Assembly (NCBI GenBank): GCA_030748575.1
Contig: JASMLR010000001.1
Span: forward strand, 133,900 to 197,899
Length of the DNA: 64,000 nt
Direction: 5' to 3'
Origin: Phycisphaerales bacterium
GTDB taxonomy: Bacteria > Planctomycetota > Phycisphaerae > Phycisphaerales > SM1A02
Shown: positions 63,037 through 64,000 of the stretch, piece after piece
Layout of the letters: every line of letters starts with the position of its first letter
Position numbering within the stretch: the stretch's first letter is position 1
Notes under the pieces: model-generated
What the model was told of the DNA's origin: nothing
The model's input: only the letters and a program-made list of their open reading frames with translations
The model's database searches: none
Program-made: the position numbers and the translations under genes

Positions 63037-64000
63037 TCAGTTGCAGCCGAAGTCCGCAATGGCCTCGAGCAGGTCGTCCACGTCGTAGACGGACCCGAAG
63101 CCGTTGATGATGTAGAGGACGTCATCGACGTCGGTGTCACCATCGCCGTCGGCGTCACCAACGCATCCGCTCTCGCACTCGTCCGGCACACCGTTGCCGT
63201 TGGAGTCACTGCTGGATCCATTGGCGATATCGCACGCGTCCGGGTTTCCATTGAGGTTGCAGTCGACCTCGCCGTTGTACGTGACCGTGGCCGATGCAGT
63301 GTCCTGCCACGTGGTATTGACCGCGTCACGGCCCTGGAACAGCGCCTCGACGAGCACCTCTGAATTGTGGCCCATCGTCGTGAGCCGCGCGATCAGGACA
63401 CCATTGCGATCGGCACAGTCGCTGTCCTGGAAGGACACGCTCGTACCCTGGTCGTCCGTCGGAAGGCAGAACCAGGTGCCATTGCCGACGCTCAGGCTTC
63501 CGCCTGCCTCAAACGTTGACCAGTCGATGCCGATGTCGTTGAGGTTGTTGGCGCCCCATGGATTACCCGTGTCGTCGATCGCACCGATCGTGACGCGGCT
63601 GTCCCACTCGAGGTCCGGCGCGAGGGCGTAGAACTGGGGGTTGATGTTCATGCTCGTGGGGCCACCGTAGGCATCCTGGTAGAAGCTCGTCGTCGTGGCG
63701 ACGGTCTTCTGCTGGTTGCTGTTGCCGGCGACGGCGTCCACACGCCAGCCCTGAGGCACGTCAACGTAGACGTCAACGGTGTAGCTTGGCTCGCCATCGA
63801 CCAGGTCGGTGCCGATGACCTTCCAGGCCACGGCAATGTCCCCGCTTCCGCACGGGCTGCCTGCGCAGTCTGTGCCGTCGCCGAGGTACGAGCCGCCTGC
63901 GGCGTCGCACTCGGCCTGGGTGTACTCGACGCAACTGACGCCGAAGCAGCAGCCGCCGGTCGGATCGGGGGCGCACGGATCGCCGGAGCAGTCCGTGTCG
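63037..64000 (-). CDS. secreted Cys-rich protein ending in a dockerin-like module; 5' end outside the window
   Basis: The frame stays open upstream of the tracked GTG 63831 to the window edge (my translation: ...DCSGDPCAPDPTGGCCFGVSCVEYTQAECDAAGGSYLGDGTDCAGSPCGSGDIA...). The C-terminus is NGNGVPDECESGCVGDADGDGDTDVDDVLYIINGFGSVYDVDDLLEAIADFGCN. Confidence 0.7.
   Translation of the reverse strand, partial: DTDCSGDPCAPDPTGGCCFGVSCVEYTQAECDAAGGSYLGDGTDCAGSPCGSGDIAVAWKVIGTDLVDGEPSYTVDVYVDVPQGWRVDAVAGNSNQQKTVATTTSFYQDAYGGPTSMNINPQFYALAPDLEWDSRVTIGAIDDTGNPWGANNLNDIGIDWSTFEAGGSLSVGNGTWFCLPTDDQGTSVSFQDSDCADRNGVLIARLTTMGHNSEVLVEALFQGRDAVNTTWQDTASATVTYNGEVDCNLNGNPDACDIANGSSSDSNGNGVPDECESGCVGDADGDGDTDVDDVLYIINGFGSVYDVDDLLEAIADFGCN

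Noticed and set aside
62331-63363. 332-aa minus-strand and 233-aa, 129-aa and 126-aa ORFs in the 62.5-63.0 kb gap
   Set aside because: They are mutually overlapping and Arg/Pro/Gly/Ala-rich. They run into the real flanking genes in the wrong frame or on the wrong strand, and have no motifs.
59091-64000. tRNA-Asp-associated genomic island or integrated element
   Set aside because: There is no integrase, recombinase or phage gene. I found no direct repeat of the tRNA 3' end. The surface-protein genes lie on the 5' side of the tRNA, whereas integration normally targets the 3' end. Base composition looks the same as the rest of the window.

Overview
This is a gene-dense, GC-rich window (roughly two-thirds G+C by eye, not computed). 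I call about 50 protein genes and one tRNA-Asp(GUC). I saw no rRNA, CRISPR array, transposase, integrase or phage gene. Most of the content is core housekeeping: putA, prmC, ribD, fusA, mnmA, fbaB, gpsA, purN, dxs, ispA, ispG, topA, miaA, pgk, rpe, accD, lnt, mreBCD and polA. Several features suggest a Planctomycetota, possibly Phycisphaerae-like, chromosome (inference only): a DUF1559-type pseudopilin, a PEP-CTERM protein, Cys-terminated dockerin-like modules, and a GldA/GldF-GldG/DUF4340 transporter. The many long Arg/Pro/His-rich ORFs antisense to recognisable genes are high-GC artefacts. I did not find a clear-cut new system. The items most worth a second look are listed here.
- A non-canonical mre operon: a TM/coiled-coil protein and an untracked 59-aa TM peptide precede mreBCD, and a GlmU-like gene and polA follow it instead of mrdA/rodA.
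- An orphan ExbB-like channel translationally coupled to a TraB/GumN protein.
- A 733-aa prenyltransferase-repeat plus DUF4159-like protein downstream of ispA-dxs.
- A P1B-ATPase with CPG in place of CPC and no metal-binding domain.
- A recurrent TAYACT -10-like box so close to several start codons that leaderless mRNAs are implied.
- A cluster of secreted proteins with two kinds of C-terminal sorting module next to the tRNA.

All family assignments come from motif recognition by eye and need HMM or structure searches.
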